Both the position numbers and the translations under genes were made by a program. From a virus (Duplodnaviria > Caudoviricetes): DNA of 53,675 nucleotides. The first letter of the stretch is position 1. Each line of letters opens with the position of its first letter. Below are positions 17,612 through 25,929 of this stretch, one piece after another. Where the stretch lies: positions 1-53,675 of the IMG/VR virus record IMGVR_UViG_3300009180_000052; one strand, 5' to 3'. A model generated the notes under the pieces. It was given only the letters and a program-made list of their open reading frames with translations, was not told the DNA's origin and did not search any database.

Positions 17612-18730
17612 ATGTGTGTAATCATTATCAAGCAGACAGGGAAAAAAGTTCCTCAGGAGGTTGCAAAGACCTCAGCACGAATCAATCCCCACGGATTGGG
17701 TATTGTATGGCTCGACACTTTCGAGGTAACGTATCACAAATCAGCAGAATACAAAGTATTGGAGACCGAAAGACCATTCATTGCTCACTTTAGATATGCG
17801 ACTATTGGTGCAGTCAACAAAGAGAACACGCATCCATTCAGATGCGGGAGCAACAAACAAGAGTGGCTTATGATGAACGGCACTATCAGAGCACTTGGTA
17901 ACTTCAAGAAGAGTGACTCAAAAGTATTAGCAGAGAACTTGGGCGAGATACCACGCCACAAATGGAAGAAGGAGTTAGAGCAGTATGAGTGCAGGTTCGT
18001 GTCAGTTAACACGCACAGCAGGACATACCAAATTTACAATAAAGAGTTGTGGACTCAAAGAGATGGCGTATGGTATAGCAAGGACAATGTCATTGAGGAC
18101 AATTTAATCGCTGTCTACGGCACGTTAAAGAAAGGGTACAGCAATTACCATAGCTATCTTAGTTCCTCCAAATTTATAGCCAAAGGCAACACGAAGAGCA
18201 AGTATCCGCTTGTCATCAGTGGACTACCTTACTTGATTGAGAAGAGTGGACAAGGTCATCACGTGGAGGTGGACATATTCAAAGTCAGTTCAGGTGTATT
18301 TGCTCAGTTAGATAGGTTGGAGGGTCATCCTGATTGGTACCGGAGGAAGCAGGTTGATGTGACTACTAAGAACGGAGTGCTTAAGTGTTGGATATACTTC
18401 AACATACGTGAGACAGCAGACGGCAAAGAGCATCATAAGACATACACGCAGAAGGCAAAGCCTTATAGTTTTTGGGAGAAGGAGGATGAGAAAGAGAGTG
18501 AAAAGTATGTAAGCATATTCAGTAACTACGGGTACGAGGAGCCGAAGAGTGTGTTCTTAACAAGTATATTGGATGAGGAGTGTGATGATTGTGAGTTTGA
18601 CATAGAGAATGAGAAGCCTATATGTGTCAATTGCTTTCACGATTTAGAGCACGATATGTTCGCAAATTATCATTGTAGTGGTTGCGATGAGTGGTTCACT
18701 GAGTCTGAGGTTTTACGATTCCGACCTTAG
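17612..18730 (+). CDS. Class II glutamine amidotransferase fused to gamma-glutamylcyclotransferase (AIG2-like) and a C-terminal Zn ribbon
   Basis: N-terminal Cys (MCVIII), NPHGLG, AHFRYAT, NTHPF, NGT; GGCT motifs VYGTLKKG..N and LDRLEG; C-terminal CxxC...CxxC. Confidence 0.85.
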   Translation: MCVIIIKQTGKKVPQEVAKTSARINPHGLGIVWLDTFEVTYHKSAEYKVLETERPFIAHFRYATIGAVNKENTHPFRCGSNKQEWLMMNGTIRALGNFKKSDSKVLAENLGEIPRHKWKKELEQYECRFVSVNTHSRTYQIYNKELWTQRDGVWYSKDNVIEDNLIAVYGTLKKGYSNYHSYLSSSKFIAKGNTKSKYPLVISGLPYLIEKSGQGHHVEVDIFKVSSGVFAQLDRLEGHPDWYRRKQVDVTTKNGVLKCWIYFNIRETADGKEHHKTYTQKAKPYSFWEKEDEKESEKYVSIFSNYGYEEPKSVFLTSILDEECDDCEFDIENEKPICVNCFHDLEHDMFANYHCSGCDEWFTESEVLRFRP

Positions 18731-18740
18731 TCTTAGTCTT

Positions 18741-18768
18741 AGGGTGGTGTCTTCAAAGACACTGCCCT
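18741..18768 (+). repeat. Palindrome copy 5 (core 18747-18762) extended into a hairpin, 5' of hammerhead 3
   Basis: AGGGTGGTGTCTT-CA-AAGACACTGCCCT with G-U pairs. Confidence 0.9.
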
Positions 18769-18819
18769 CCGTATCGGGATGAGTTGTCCCGACTGATGAT
18801 TCTGAAAAGATGAAACGGA
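18768..18819 (+). ncRNA. Type III hammerhead ribozyme 3, variant (GUA cleavage after 18773; U-U at the base of stem II)
   Basis: Stem III UCCGU/ACGGA; stem I UCGGGA/UCCCGA with loop UGAGUUG; CUGAUGA; U-UCU-GAAA-AGA-U; GAA. Confidence 0.82.
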
Positions 18820-18857
18820 AAATTTATTAAATTTAACAAACATTAAAACCACTAAAA

Positions 18858-19082
18858 ATGCAAGTATTTAAAATCAACACGACTGCTTGGGCGGAAGAAG
18901 ACTTCTACCTGATGACAACCTTAGACGAGGAGCAAATCAAAAAAATCATTCAGCCAATGGTCGACTACGAAAGGGCGAATGACATTATGTATGACAATGA
19001 CGACTACATATTTGAGTTGCAAAATGCTTATCCTAAAGCAACCATTGAGATGTATCAGGACTTTGATGTTATTTCATTTTAA
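18858..19082 (+). CDS. Hypothetical protein
   Basis: ORF track; acidic, 74 aa. Confidence 0.7.
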   Translation: MQVFKINTTAWAEEDFYLMTTLDEEQIKKIIQPMVDYERANDIMYDNDDYIFELQNAYPKATIEMYQDFDVISF

Positions 19083-19092
19083 ACCAAGTAAG

Positions 19093-19260
19093 ATGAGAAA
19101 TAATATAAAAGTTTTTACGGGACTTATCTACTTTATTGGGTCGATGCTATATTTTTTTATAGTATCGGTACCGGTAGCTGTATTGGTGTACTTAGCTGTA
19201 CTTATAATTTATTTAATTAATCAAATCAAATCAATATGTCAAAAAATCACTACGAGATGA
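19093..19260 (+). CDS. Small membrane protein
   Basis: Start revised to MRNNIKVF; long hydrophobic stretch. Confidence 0.5.
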   Translation: MRNNIKVFTGLIYFIGSMLYFFIVSVPVAVLVYLAVLIIYLINQIKSICQKITTR

Positions 19261-19550
19261 CACAGAGTGCTACGGCACAAATCGAAATCGACTTTCTTCG
19301 GGATGAGGTAAGGCGATTAAGGATACAATCGAAAGATGTTTCAGTGGCAAGGGAATTGCTCAAGCGTAATGGCTATTACGTTAACAACCTATGGACTACG
19401 GGAGATGTCACTCAGAACTACGATTGTAGTGATGAGGTGGCATACGAGGTGCTTGATAGAGCAATGCACAACGATGCTACAATGGAGCAAATCTTTCTTG
19501 CCATTGACGATGTGTGTGACGATTTAGAAATCAAAAAAATTAAAGACTAA
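19236..19550 (+). CDS. Hypothetical protein
   Basis: ORF track; (AAATC)n leader. Confidence 0.7.
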   Translation: MSKNHYEMTQSATAQIEIDFLRDEVRRLRIQSKDVSVARELLKRNGYYVNNLWTTGDVTQNYDCSDEVAYEVLDRAMHNDATMEQIFLAIDDVCDDLEIKKIKD

Positions 19551-19738
19551 TGGAAAGTAAAAAAATGCCTTTAGCGGTTAAAAAGCAAGTTGATGTGTAC
19601 TTTCTTATGCTCTATGAGTTTATGGGAGACTTTCAGGACAAGCTAACAAAGGAGTACGAGGCTATTCCAAAAAGAAAAAAGAAATTCAGCTATGAACAAT
19701 TCGTAGTTGCTGTATTCACTAATTTAATATTAAAGTAA
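19550..19738 (+). CDS. Hypothetical protein
   Basis: ORF track; TAATG overlap with the previous gene. Confidence 0.65.
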   Translation: MESKKMPLAVKKQVDVYFLMLYEFMGDFQDKLTKEYEAIPKRKKKFSYEQFVVAVFTNLILK

Positions 19739-19739
19739 A

Positions 19740-19961
19740 ATGGAAAATGTAATTAATGGCACGCCAAAAGCCACGTTCTACCTGAACGAATTGGCATCAG
19801 AGATAGCAGACTTTGTTATCGAAAAAAAATATGAGAATACCGGAGTTGTAACTATGGTAGAGAAAAGGGGTGTAATGGTTTATAGTGGGCATATTCAGTA
19901 TGAGTATGACACAATCTATGACGAAGTATTTCAATATCTAACTAATAATCAAATCAAATAA
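19740..19961 (+). CDS. Hypothetical protein
   Basis: ORF track; tight packing. Confidence 0.65.
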   Translation: MENVINGTPKATFYLNELASEIADFVIEKKYENTGVVTMVEKRGVMVYSGHIQYEYDTIYDEVFQYLTNNQIK

Positions 19962-19962
19962 A

Positions 19963-20121
19963 ATGGAAAATCAAAAAACAACAATCGAAGTAAACGTATG
20001 TTTTTACGTAGATGAGGTAACGGGTAAAAAAGTTTATGACTTTGAAGAGATGGCTGATGAGTTTGAGCAGAAGCTATCCGAGTTAGATGAAAGCGTAGTA
20101 GTAATGGTATCAATTCAATAA
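19963..20121 (+). CDS. Small acidic protein (52 aa)
   Basis: Read manually: MENQKTTIEVNVCFYVDEVTGKKVYDFEEMADEFEQKL... Confidence 0.6.
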   Translation: MENQKTTIEVNVCFYVDEVTGKKVYDFEEMADEFEQKLSELDESVVVMVSIQ

Positions 20122-20137
20122 AATCAAATCAAATAAA

Positions 20138-20533
20138 ATGGAAATCAAAATCATTCAAGGAGTAAAGCGAGAAGTCTTAGAAGATATTTTCGTAACAGCA
20201 TTAGAGGGAGGCAGTAACTATTGGTACTACCTACCTGAGGAGTCAATCAAAGCAATCCGTAAGGCAGTTCCTAAAGAGGAAGACCCGTACCTAAGCACAG
20301 CCATTTTAAAGGCTATTTTAGACCACGATGTAAAGGTGGCTATCAATGATGCCGAAGAGGAAGATGAGGTCATAGGCGTCATTACACGTGGCACTATGCA
20401 AGCACGATTGCAGTTGCTTGCAGAGAGCGAAAATAGATGGGCGTTGGAAAGGCATATAAAGGAAGAGGGTGATGGCGACTCAGCAGATGTGGTGTTCCAA
20501 TACCTAACTATGGGTGAGGTAGTTTATGGGTAA
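20138..20533 (+). CDS. Hypothetical phage protein (TALEGGSNYW...QY...GEVVYG motif)
   Basis: ORF track; (AAATC)n leader. Confidence 0.75.
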   Translation: MEIKIIQGVKREVLEDIFVTALEGGSNYWYYLPEESIKAIRKAVPKEEDPYLSTAILKAILDHDVKVAINDAEEEDEVIGVITRGTMQARLQLLAESENRWALERHIKEEGDGDSADVVFQYLTMGEVVYG

Positions 20534-20560
20534 TTAATTAAAAATTTAAATTTAAAAAAA

Positions 20561-20782
20561 ATGGAGAAGTTTATTGACAGCGGAAGGTTTATACCAAGAG
20601 TGGTGTTCCTTGAAAAGAATCCAAATGAGCAGTTGCTTGACGATTGCACTGATGTGGTTCAGTATAGTGGAGGTGCATACGTACAAGTTTTAAAGTCAGG
20701 TGTATTTTATTTAGATGAGAGTTTCAGCAGTCGCTCGCTTGATGAAGTCGAGGTGAAATTGTTGGAAAAAATTAACAAATAA
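20561..20782 (+). CDS. Hypothetical protein
   Basis: ORF track. Confidence 0.65.
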   Translation: MEKFIDSGRFIPRVVFLEKNPNEQLLDDCTDVVQYSGGAYVQVLKSGVFYLDESFSSRSLDEVEVKLLEKINK

Positions 20783-20838
20783 ATGAACGATATGTGAACA
20801 TATTGTCGTATGTTTGTTGTCTTAAATTAAATTATATT

Positions 20839-21141
20839 ATGAAGCACGATGTTTTCAATCAGTACGTAGAAAGGGTGTCAGACTTGTTTGGAATAAGCAA
20901 GGATGAAATCTTTTCTAAGTCGAAGAAGAGGGAGTTGGTAGATGCGAGGCATCTTGTGTACTACCTATGTTCAAAGAGACCTATGCAAGTTACCTATATC
21001 CAAAAGTATATGAACGAAGCGGGGTATGACATTAAGCACTCATCCATTATCCACGGAATCTCTGCGGTTGAGCAGAAGATTGCAGAAGACAAGGACTATG
21101 TCTCAGTGGTGAAGGAGGTGGAGAGGGCGGTTTTTATTTAG
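20839..21141 (+). CDS. DnaA C-terminal (domain IV)-like HTH protein
   Basis: FGISKDEIFSKSKKRELVDARHLVYYLC...HSSIIHGI resembles DnaA domain IV. Start revised to MKHDVF, downstream of TATGTTTG (20809-20816). Confidence 0.7.
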   Translation: MKHDVFNQYVERVSDLFGISKDEIFSKSKKRELVDARHLVYYLCSKRPMQVTYIQKYMNEAGYDIKHSSIIHGISAVEQKIAEDKDYVSVVKEVERAVFI

Positions 21142-21209
21142 TTCAATCAATCAAATCAAATACTTGCAGACTTTAGTCTGAAAGAACTTAATCAATCAAA
21201 TCAAATCAA

Positions 21210-21854
21210 ATGGAAAAGAAACTTCCGGTTTTTGAAAGGCTATCCGCCATCAACGTCAATGAGCACGTTGAAAAGAAAAGCAATCTAACTTATTTATCTT
21301 GGGCTTGGGCTTGGTCAAAAACAAAGACCGAGTGTCCTGATGCCACGTACAAAATCTTAGAGACTGAGTATGACGAGGCTCTTGGATTTATGTGCCACAC
21401 TAATGTAACCATCGAGGGCGAGACGCTTGAGATGTGGTTGCCGGTGATGGATGGTGCGAACAAGTCAATGAAGAAGATAGCGTATAGTTATAGCTCACGC
21501 TATGGCGATAAGCAAGTTGATTCTGCGACTACGTTCGACATTAACAAAACCATTATGCGTTGCTTAGTTAAGAACTTAGCGATGTTTGGGTTGGGGATTT
21601 ATATCTATGCCGGTGAGGATTTACCTGAGGGAGAGACACACTATAAGGCTGAGGCTCCTAAGAAGACAGCAGTTGCAACAGCAGATGGGTTGACTGACTT
21701 AAAGAAGGGTACTGACAATTGGGATGCGGTAATCAAGTACGTAACAGCTAACAAGTCTTTAGGTATTGAGAAGATTGGAGCACAAATTACACGCAAGTAC
21801 AAGGTGAGCCCTACATTAAAGAAAGAAATTGCTAACCTAATAACAGCATCGTAA
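21210..21854 (+). CDS. Sak/DUF1071 ssDNA-annealing protein (Rad52-like)
   Basis: VEKK.NLTYLSWAWAW, MWLPVMD, DINKTIMRCLVKNLAMFGLG.YIYAGEDLP. Confidence 0.88.
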   Translation: MEKKLPVFERLSAINVNEHVEKKSNLTYLSWAWAWSKTKTECPDATYKILETEYDEALGFMCHTNVTIEGETLEMWLPVMDGANKSMKKIAYSYSSRYGDKQVDSATTFDINKTIMRCLVKNLAMFGLGIYIYAGEDLPEGETHYKAEAPKKTAVATADGLTDLKKGTDNWDAVIKYVTANKSLGIEKIGAQITRKYKVSPTLKKEIANLITAS

Positions 21855-22600
21855 TGGAAAAGCAAGTATCAGAAATTATAACGTTGCTCAGAGATGACAA
21901 CGAGTATTACAATGGGTATGGCAAGAACTATTTATCTAATTCAGATATTGGTGTGTTACTTAGCAATCCTCAGGACTTCGGTAAGGAGCGAGAAGACAAC
22001 AAAGCATTTATGGATGGCAGATACTTTCATCAGCTAATATTGGAGCCTGAGAAGGCAAAGGGTATGCCATCAGTAGACGTAAGTACACGTACTACTAAAG
22101 AGTATAAGGCATTCTGCGAAACCAATAACTTACCATTTTGTATGTTAAAGAAGGAGCAAGACGAGATTCAAAACCTTGTTAGTATTATCAACGGGAACAT
22201 TGCGTTCTATGATGAGATTTATAAAGCAGGTAATGAGTATGAGACTCCGGCAGTTGCAGAGATTCAAGGTATGATGTGGAAGGGGAAGGCTGACATTGTC
22301 ACTGACAATGCTGTGATTGACCTTAAGACTACGAGTGACATTCATAAGTTTAAGTACACAGCAAAGCAGTACAATTATGATTCTCAGTGCTATATTTATC
22401 AGGAGTTATTTGGTAAGCCATTGGTGTTCTACGTTATTGACAAAGGCACCGGAGTACTTGGTATTTTTAGACCAACAGAAGACTTTGTAAAAGGTGGCGA
22501 AATCAAAGTAGGCAAAGCAATTGAGGTGTATAACAAATACTTTAGTTCTAAGCCAACGGATGATATAGTGAACTACTACATTGACGAATATTTATTATAA
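21854..22600 (+). CDS. RecE/DUF3799-like PD-(D/E)XK exonuclease
   Basis: LSNSDI, G..FH.LILEP, KGKAD, IDLKTT, Y.YD.Q..IY. Confidence 0.8.
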   Translation: MEKQVSEIITLLRDDNEYYNGYGKNYLSNSDIGVLLSNPQDFGKEREDNKAFMDGRYFHQLILEPEKAKGMPSVDVSTRTTKEYKAFCETNNLPFCMLKKEQDEIQNLVSIINGNIAFYDEIYKAGNEYETPAVAEIQGMMWKGKADIVTDNAVIDLKTTSDIHKFKYTAKQYNYDSQCYIYQELFGKPLVFYVIDKGTGVLGIFRPTEDFVKGGEIKVGKAIEVYNKYFSSKPTDDIVNYYIDEYLL

Positions 22601-22620
22601 TATTGCATCCCCCGAAGCAA

Positions 22621-22636
22621 GTGTCTTCAAAGACAC
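22621..22636. repeat. Palindrome copy 6, 4 nt upstream of the tRNA-like element
   Basis: GTGTCTTCAAAGACAC. Confidence 0.9.
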
Positions 22637-22640
22637 AGGG

Positions 22641-22749
22641 AGTCAGGTGGCGGAGTGGTAGACGCAACCGTTAACGGATAAGTTCGTGCAGACGTGTACC
22701 TACGGTGTTATATCCTAAACAAATACAGGTTCGATTCCTGTCCTGACTA
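22641..22749 (+). tRNA. tRNA-like element with intact acceptor, D and T arms but no canonical anticodon arm
   Basis: Acceptor AGTCAGG/CCTGACT plus A; D arm GCG-GAGTGGTAGA-CGC; T arm ACAGG-TTCGATT-CCTGT; 58 nt between the D and T arms with no 7-nt anticodon loop; no CCA directly after the discriminator. Confidence 0.75.
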
Positions 22750-22825
22750 CAACCAATTGTTAACTTAGCCTCAGAGTTTAATGATTGGTATAAATAGACT
22801 GAGGCAAACAATAAATTTAAACACT

Positions 22826-23125
22826 ATGGCACAAGATGAAAAAATCTTTGCAGACGGATTCTCATTTAAGAGAAACGAAAAAGCCCCCGACTTTGTAGTT
22901 GGGCGATTATCAATCAAGGCAGAAGATGGAGTAGCCTTCATCAGACAGCACGAGAAAGGTGGGTGGGTTAACCTCAACATTAAGACTGCACGCAGTGGCA
23001 ATCATTACGTTGAGTTGGATACCTACGAGCCAACACAAAGTGGGGCGAAGCCTCAGTCAGAACCTAAACCAAAGGCACAGCCTAAGGTAGAGGATGCCGA
23101 AGATGGCGATGAACTTCCATTTTAG
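22826..23125 (+). CDS. Probable single-stranded DNA-binding protein
   Basis: Beta-rich small domain, P/K/Q linker and acidic tail ending DGDELPF; start revised to MAQDEK. Confidence 0.7.
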   Translation: MAQDEKIFADGFSFKRNEKAPDFVVGRLSIKAEDGVAFIRQHEKGGWVNLNIKTARSGNHYVELDTYEPTQSGAKPQSEPKPKAQPKVEDAEDGDELPF

Positions 23126-23153
23126 AATTGACACCCATTTAGAAACAAGGATT

Positions 23154-23180
23154 GGGGGAGTGAAAACTTCCCCTTTTTTT
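23154..23180 (+). terminator. Intrinsic terminator
   Basis: GGGGGAGT-GAAA-ACTTCCCC followed by T7. Confidence 0.85.
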
Positions 23181-23194
23181 GCCCCTAATCCGTG

Positions 23195-23352
23195 ACGAAA
23201 ATGTCGATGTGTTTTCCCTATATTCTCTATAGGGGTTTTTATATTCTTTATTATTTTTTTAAATTAATAATTGAACTTAAAATCGACATAATCGACATAA
23301 GTATTAGTAATCAGATAGTTAGATAGTTTAAAACGACATAAAACCGACATAA
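23195..23352. repeat. Second CGACAT iteron-like cluster, upstream of the primase-helicase
   Basis: ATGTCG at 23201; CGACAT at 23284, 23293, 23334, 23345; AT-rich core; IHF-like AATCAGATAGTTA. Confidence 0.65.
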
Positions 23353-23353
23353 G

Positions 23354-25777
23354 ATGGTACATAATGTGACGATATTCCAAAATATTAGAGACACTGACAC
23401 TCCATTCTTCCGAGACGTACACGTTATACTCGAGAGAATCAAGGAGGGAGCCGGTGCTACTAAGGACTTGGTGAAAAGAATAAGGTTGGAGAAGAGTAAA
23501 CCTGAGAGACAAGAATTAAAGAAAGGACTTCCGGCAATATGTTTCAGTGGTACATTTAATAAAAGAACAGACGTATCCATAATACAGCATTCAGGATTGA
23601 TATGTTTAGACTTCGATGGCTATACCAAGCAGAAAGAGTTATTGCACGACAAGGAGAACTTATCAAAGAACAAGTATGTGTTCTCAGTATTCATTTCCCC
23701 TTCGGGTAATGGTTTAAAAGTGTTGGTCAAGATTCCGGCAGATGCAGAGAATCACACGATGTACTTCAATAGCTTAGAAAAGTACTTTAATTCGGCTTAT
23801 TTCGACAAGACGAGCAAGAACCTCAGCCGAGTATGTTACGAGTCGTATGACCCTCTAATTGCGATTAATGAGAATAGCAGTATTTGGGATGTTATCGAGG
23901 AGCCTGAGTACACTGAGGTGAGTAGAACAAGAGACAAGGCAACCATACCCATCACGGATGAGAATAAGATTGTGGAGATACTTGTAAAGTGGTGGGAGAA
24001 AAAGTATCCTATGCACGAGGGACAACGTAATCAGAATACGTATGTGCTTGCGATGGCATTTAATGACTTCGGTATAAACAAGAGCCTTGCATCTTACGTT
24101 ATTAATCAGTTTGCTACGGAGGACTTTACACTAAGAGAGATTGGTGTAACCATTGACTCTGCATATAGGCATACAACAAACTTTGGTACTAAGTACTACG
24201 AGGATGAGGAGCGTATTAATACCATTAAAGCAAAGCTGAGGAGAGGTGTATCAAAAAAAGAAATTCGCATCCAATTGCAAGACTCCAACTTGGAGAGCGA
24301 GACTATTGAATCGGTGCTTAATAAGGTAGAGGAAGAGAATGAGATGCAAACCTTTTGGGACAGAAACGATAGAGGAGTTATAAAGGTGGTACACATACAG
24401 CTAAAGCAGTTTTTAGAAGACAATGGCTTTTACAAGTATTGCCCTGAGGGTGGTAAGAACTACATCTTTGTGAAGGTGACTAATAATTTAATTGACCACA
24501 CGTCTGACAAAGAGATTAAAGACTTTGTGCTTACGCACTTGTTGGAGTTAGATGACATTGGTGTATATAATTACTTCGCTGACAACACAAGATTTTTTAG
24601 AGAAGAGTTCTTGTCAATGCTGTCAACGATTGAGATTTATTTTATTGCTGATAGCAAGTACGCATCATACTTGTACTACAAGAATTGTGCTGTGAAGATT
24701 ACCAAGGATGGGGTAACAACGCTTGACTACTTGGACTTGGGAGGATACGTGTGGAAAGACCACGTGATAGATAGGAACTTTAACATTTGTAGTGTGACTG
24801 AGAGGTGTGACTTCAAAAAGTTTGTTAACAATATCAATGGAGGAGATGAGCCTCGAGTTAAAACAATGGAGAGTACGCTTGGATTTTTAATGCACGGGTA
24901 CAAGAACCTATCATTTTGTCCGGCTGTGATTCTGAACGATGAGGTAATTAGCGACAATCCTGAGGGTGGAACGGGTAAGGGACTACTTATGAACGCACTT
25001 AGTAAGATGAAGAAATTGGTTGTAATCGATGGCAAGTCATTTGCTTTTGAGCGTAGCTTCGCTTATCAGTTGGTGTCAGCAGATACGCAGATACTTTGCT
25101 TCGATGATGTGAGAAAACATTTTGACTTTGAGCGTTTGTTTTCTGCAGTTACTGAGGGGTTAACTTTAGAGAAAAAGAATAAGGATGCAATAAAAATTCC
25201 ATTTAGTCGTTCTCCTAAGATTGCTATTACAACGAACTATGCAATTAAGGGTGCCGGCAATTCATTTGCAAGAAGAAAGTGGGAGTTGGAGTTGCATCAG
25301 TATTATACCAAAGAGTTTACGCCACTTGATGAGTTTGGTAAGTTGATGTTTGGCGATTGGAACGATGAAGATTGGTGTGAGTTTGATAACTATATGATTG
25401 GTTGTTTAACGAACTATATCAAGACCGGACTTGTCAAGAGTAAGTTTGTGAACTTAAAGATTCGTCAGTTGTCAGCAGAGACTTGCCACGAGTTTATTGA
25501 GTGGTGTGGACTTGTTGATACGCATCAGAACAGAGAGGTGATGTTACAGACTGACACGAGACTTTATAAAAACGAGTTGTACTCAAACTTTGTGGATGAG
25601 TATCCTGACTACGGACCTCGAGGTAGGATGAGCGTGAGTCGAACCAAGTTCTATAAGTGGTTGATGGCTTATGGCGTTTACAAGGAGGGAGTGATGCCAC
25701 AGGAGGATAGAGACCAACAGGGTAGATGGATAATTATTAAAAGCAAACCTGAGGGGCTTGAAGAAGCACCTTTTTAA
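23354..25777 (+). CDS. Primase-helicase (VirE-N/BT4734-like primase, PriCT, SF3-like helicase)
   Basis: LPAICFSG.F, LICLDFD, FISPSGNGLKV; EGQRNQ (PriCT); Walker A GGTGKG, FDD, ITTN. Confidence 0.85.
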   Translation: MVHNVTIFQNIRDTDTPFFRDVHVILERIKEGAGATKDLVKRIRLEKSKPERQELKKGLPAICFSGTFNKRTDVSIIQHSGLICLDFDGYTKQKELLHDKENLSKNKYVFSVFISPSGNGLKVLVKIPADAENHTMYFNSLEKYFNSAYFDKTSKNLSRVCYESYDPLIAINENSSIWDVIEEPEYTEVSRTRDKATIPITDENKIVEILVKWWEKKYPMHEGQRNQNTYVLAMAFNDFGINKSLASYVINQFATEDFTLREIGVTIDSAYRHTTNFGTKYYEDEERINTIKAKLRRGVSKKEIRIQLQDSNLESETIESVLNKVEEENEMQTFWDRNDRGVIKVVHIQLKQFLEDNGFYKYCPEGGKNYIFVKVTNNLIDHTSDKEIKDFVLTHLLELDDIGVYNYFADNTRFFREEFLSMLSTIEIYFIADSKYASYLYYKNCAVKITKDGVTTLDYLDLGGYVWKDHVIDRNFNICSVTERCDFKKFVNNINGGDEPRVKTMESTLGFLMHGYKNLSFCPAVILNDEVISDNPEGGTGKGLLMNALSKMKKLVVIDGKSFAFERSFAYQLVSADTQILCFDDVRKHFDFERLFSAVTEGLTLEKKNKDAIKIPFSRSPKIAITTNYAIKGAGNSFARRKWELELHQYYTKEFTPLDEFGKLMFGDWNDEDWCEFDNYMIGCLTNYIKTGLVKSKFVNLKIRQLSAETCHEFIEWCGLVDTHQNREVMLQTDTRLYKNELYSNFVDEYPDYGPRGRMSVSRTKFYKWLMAYGVYKEGVMPQEDRDQQGRWIIIKSKPEGLEEAPF

Positions 25778-25788
25778 ATTAAATCAAT

Positions 25789-25926
25789 ATGAAAAACTTT
25801 ATTAAAAAATTAAGATGTAAATTATTTCACAAGCATTATTGGGTATATAACAGGAATCCTTGGGGACAAAGATTCTATCATTGTTCAAAATGTGACCAAG
25901 CATTTATAATAAAGTCTAAAAAATAA
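25789..25926 (+). CDS. Small Cys/His protein (45 aa)
   Basis: Read manually: MKNFIKKLRCKLFHKHYW...HCSKC. Confidence 0.55.
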   Translation: MKNFIKKLRCKLFHKHYWVYNRNPWGQRFYHCSKCDQAFIIKSKK

Positions 25927-25929
25927 ACT

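Noticed and set aside
14300-18360. Frequent GCAGG on the plus strand of early genes
   Set aside because: May be largely a by-product of CTGG avoidance and G-rich strand bias; cannot be separated without counts.
20050-20080. CTGATGAG as a fourth hammerhead core (also CTGATGA near 18909)
   Set aside because: Both lie inside ORFs with no stem II/GAAA or stem III pairing.
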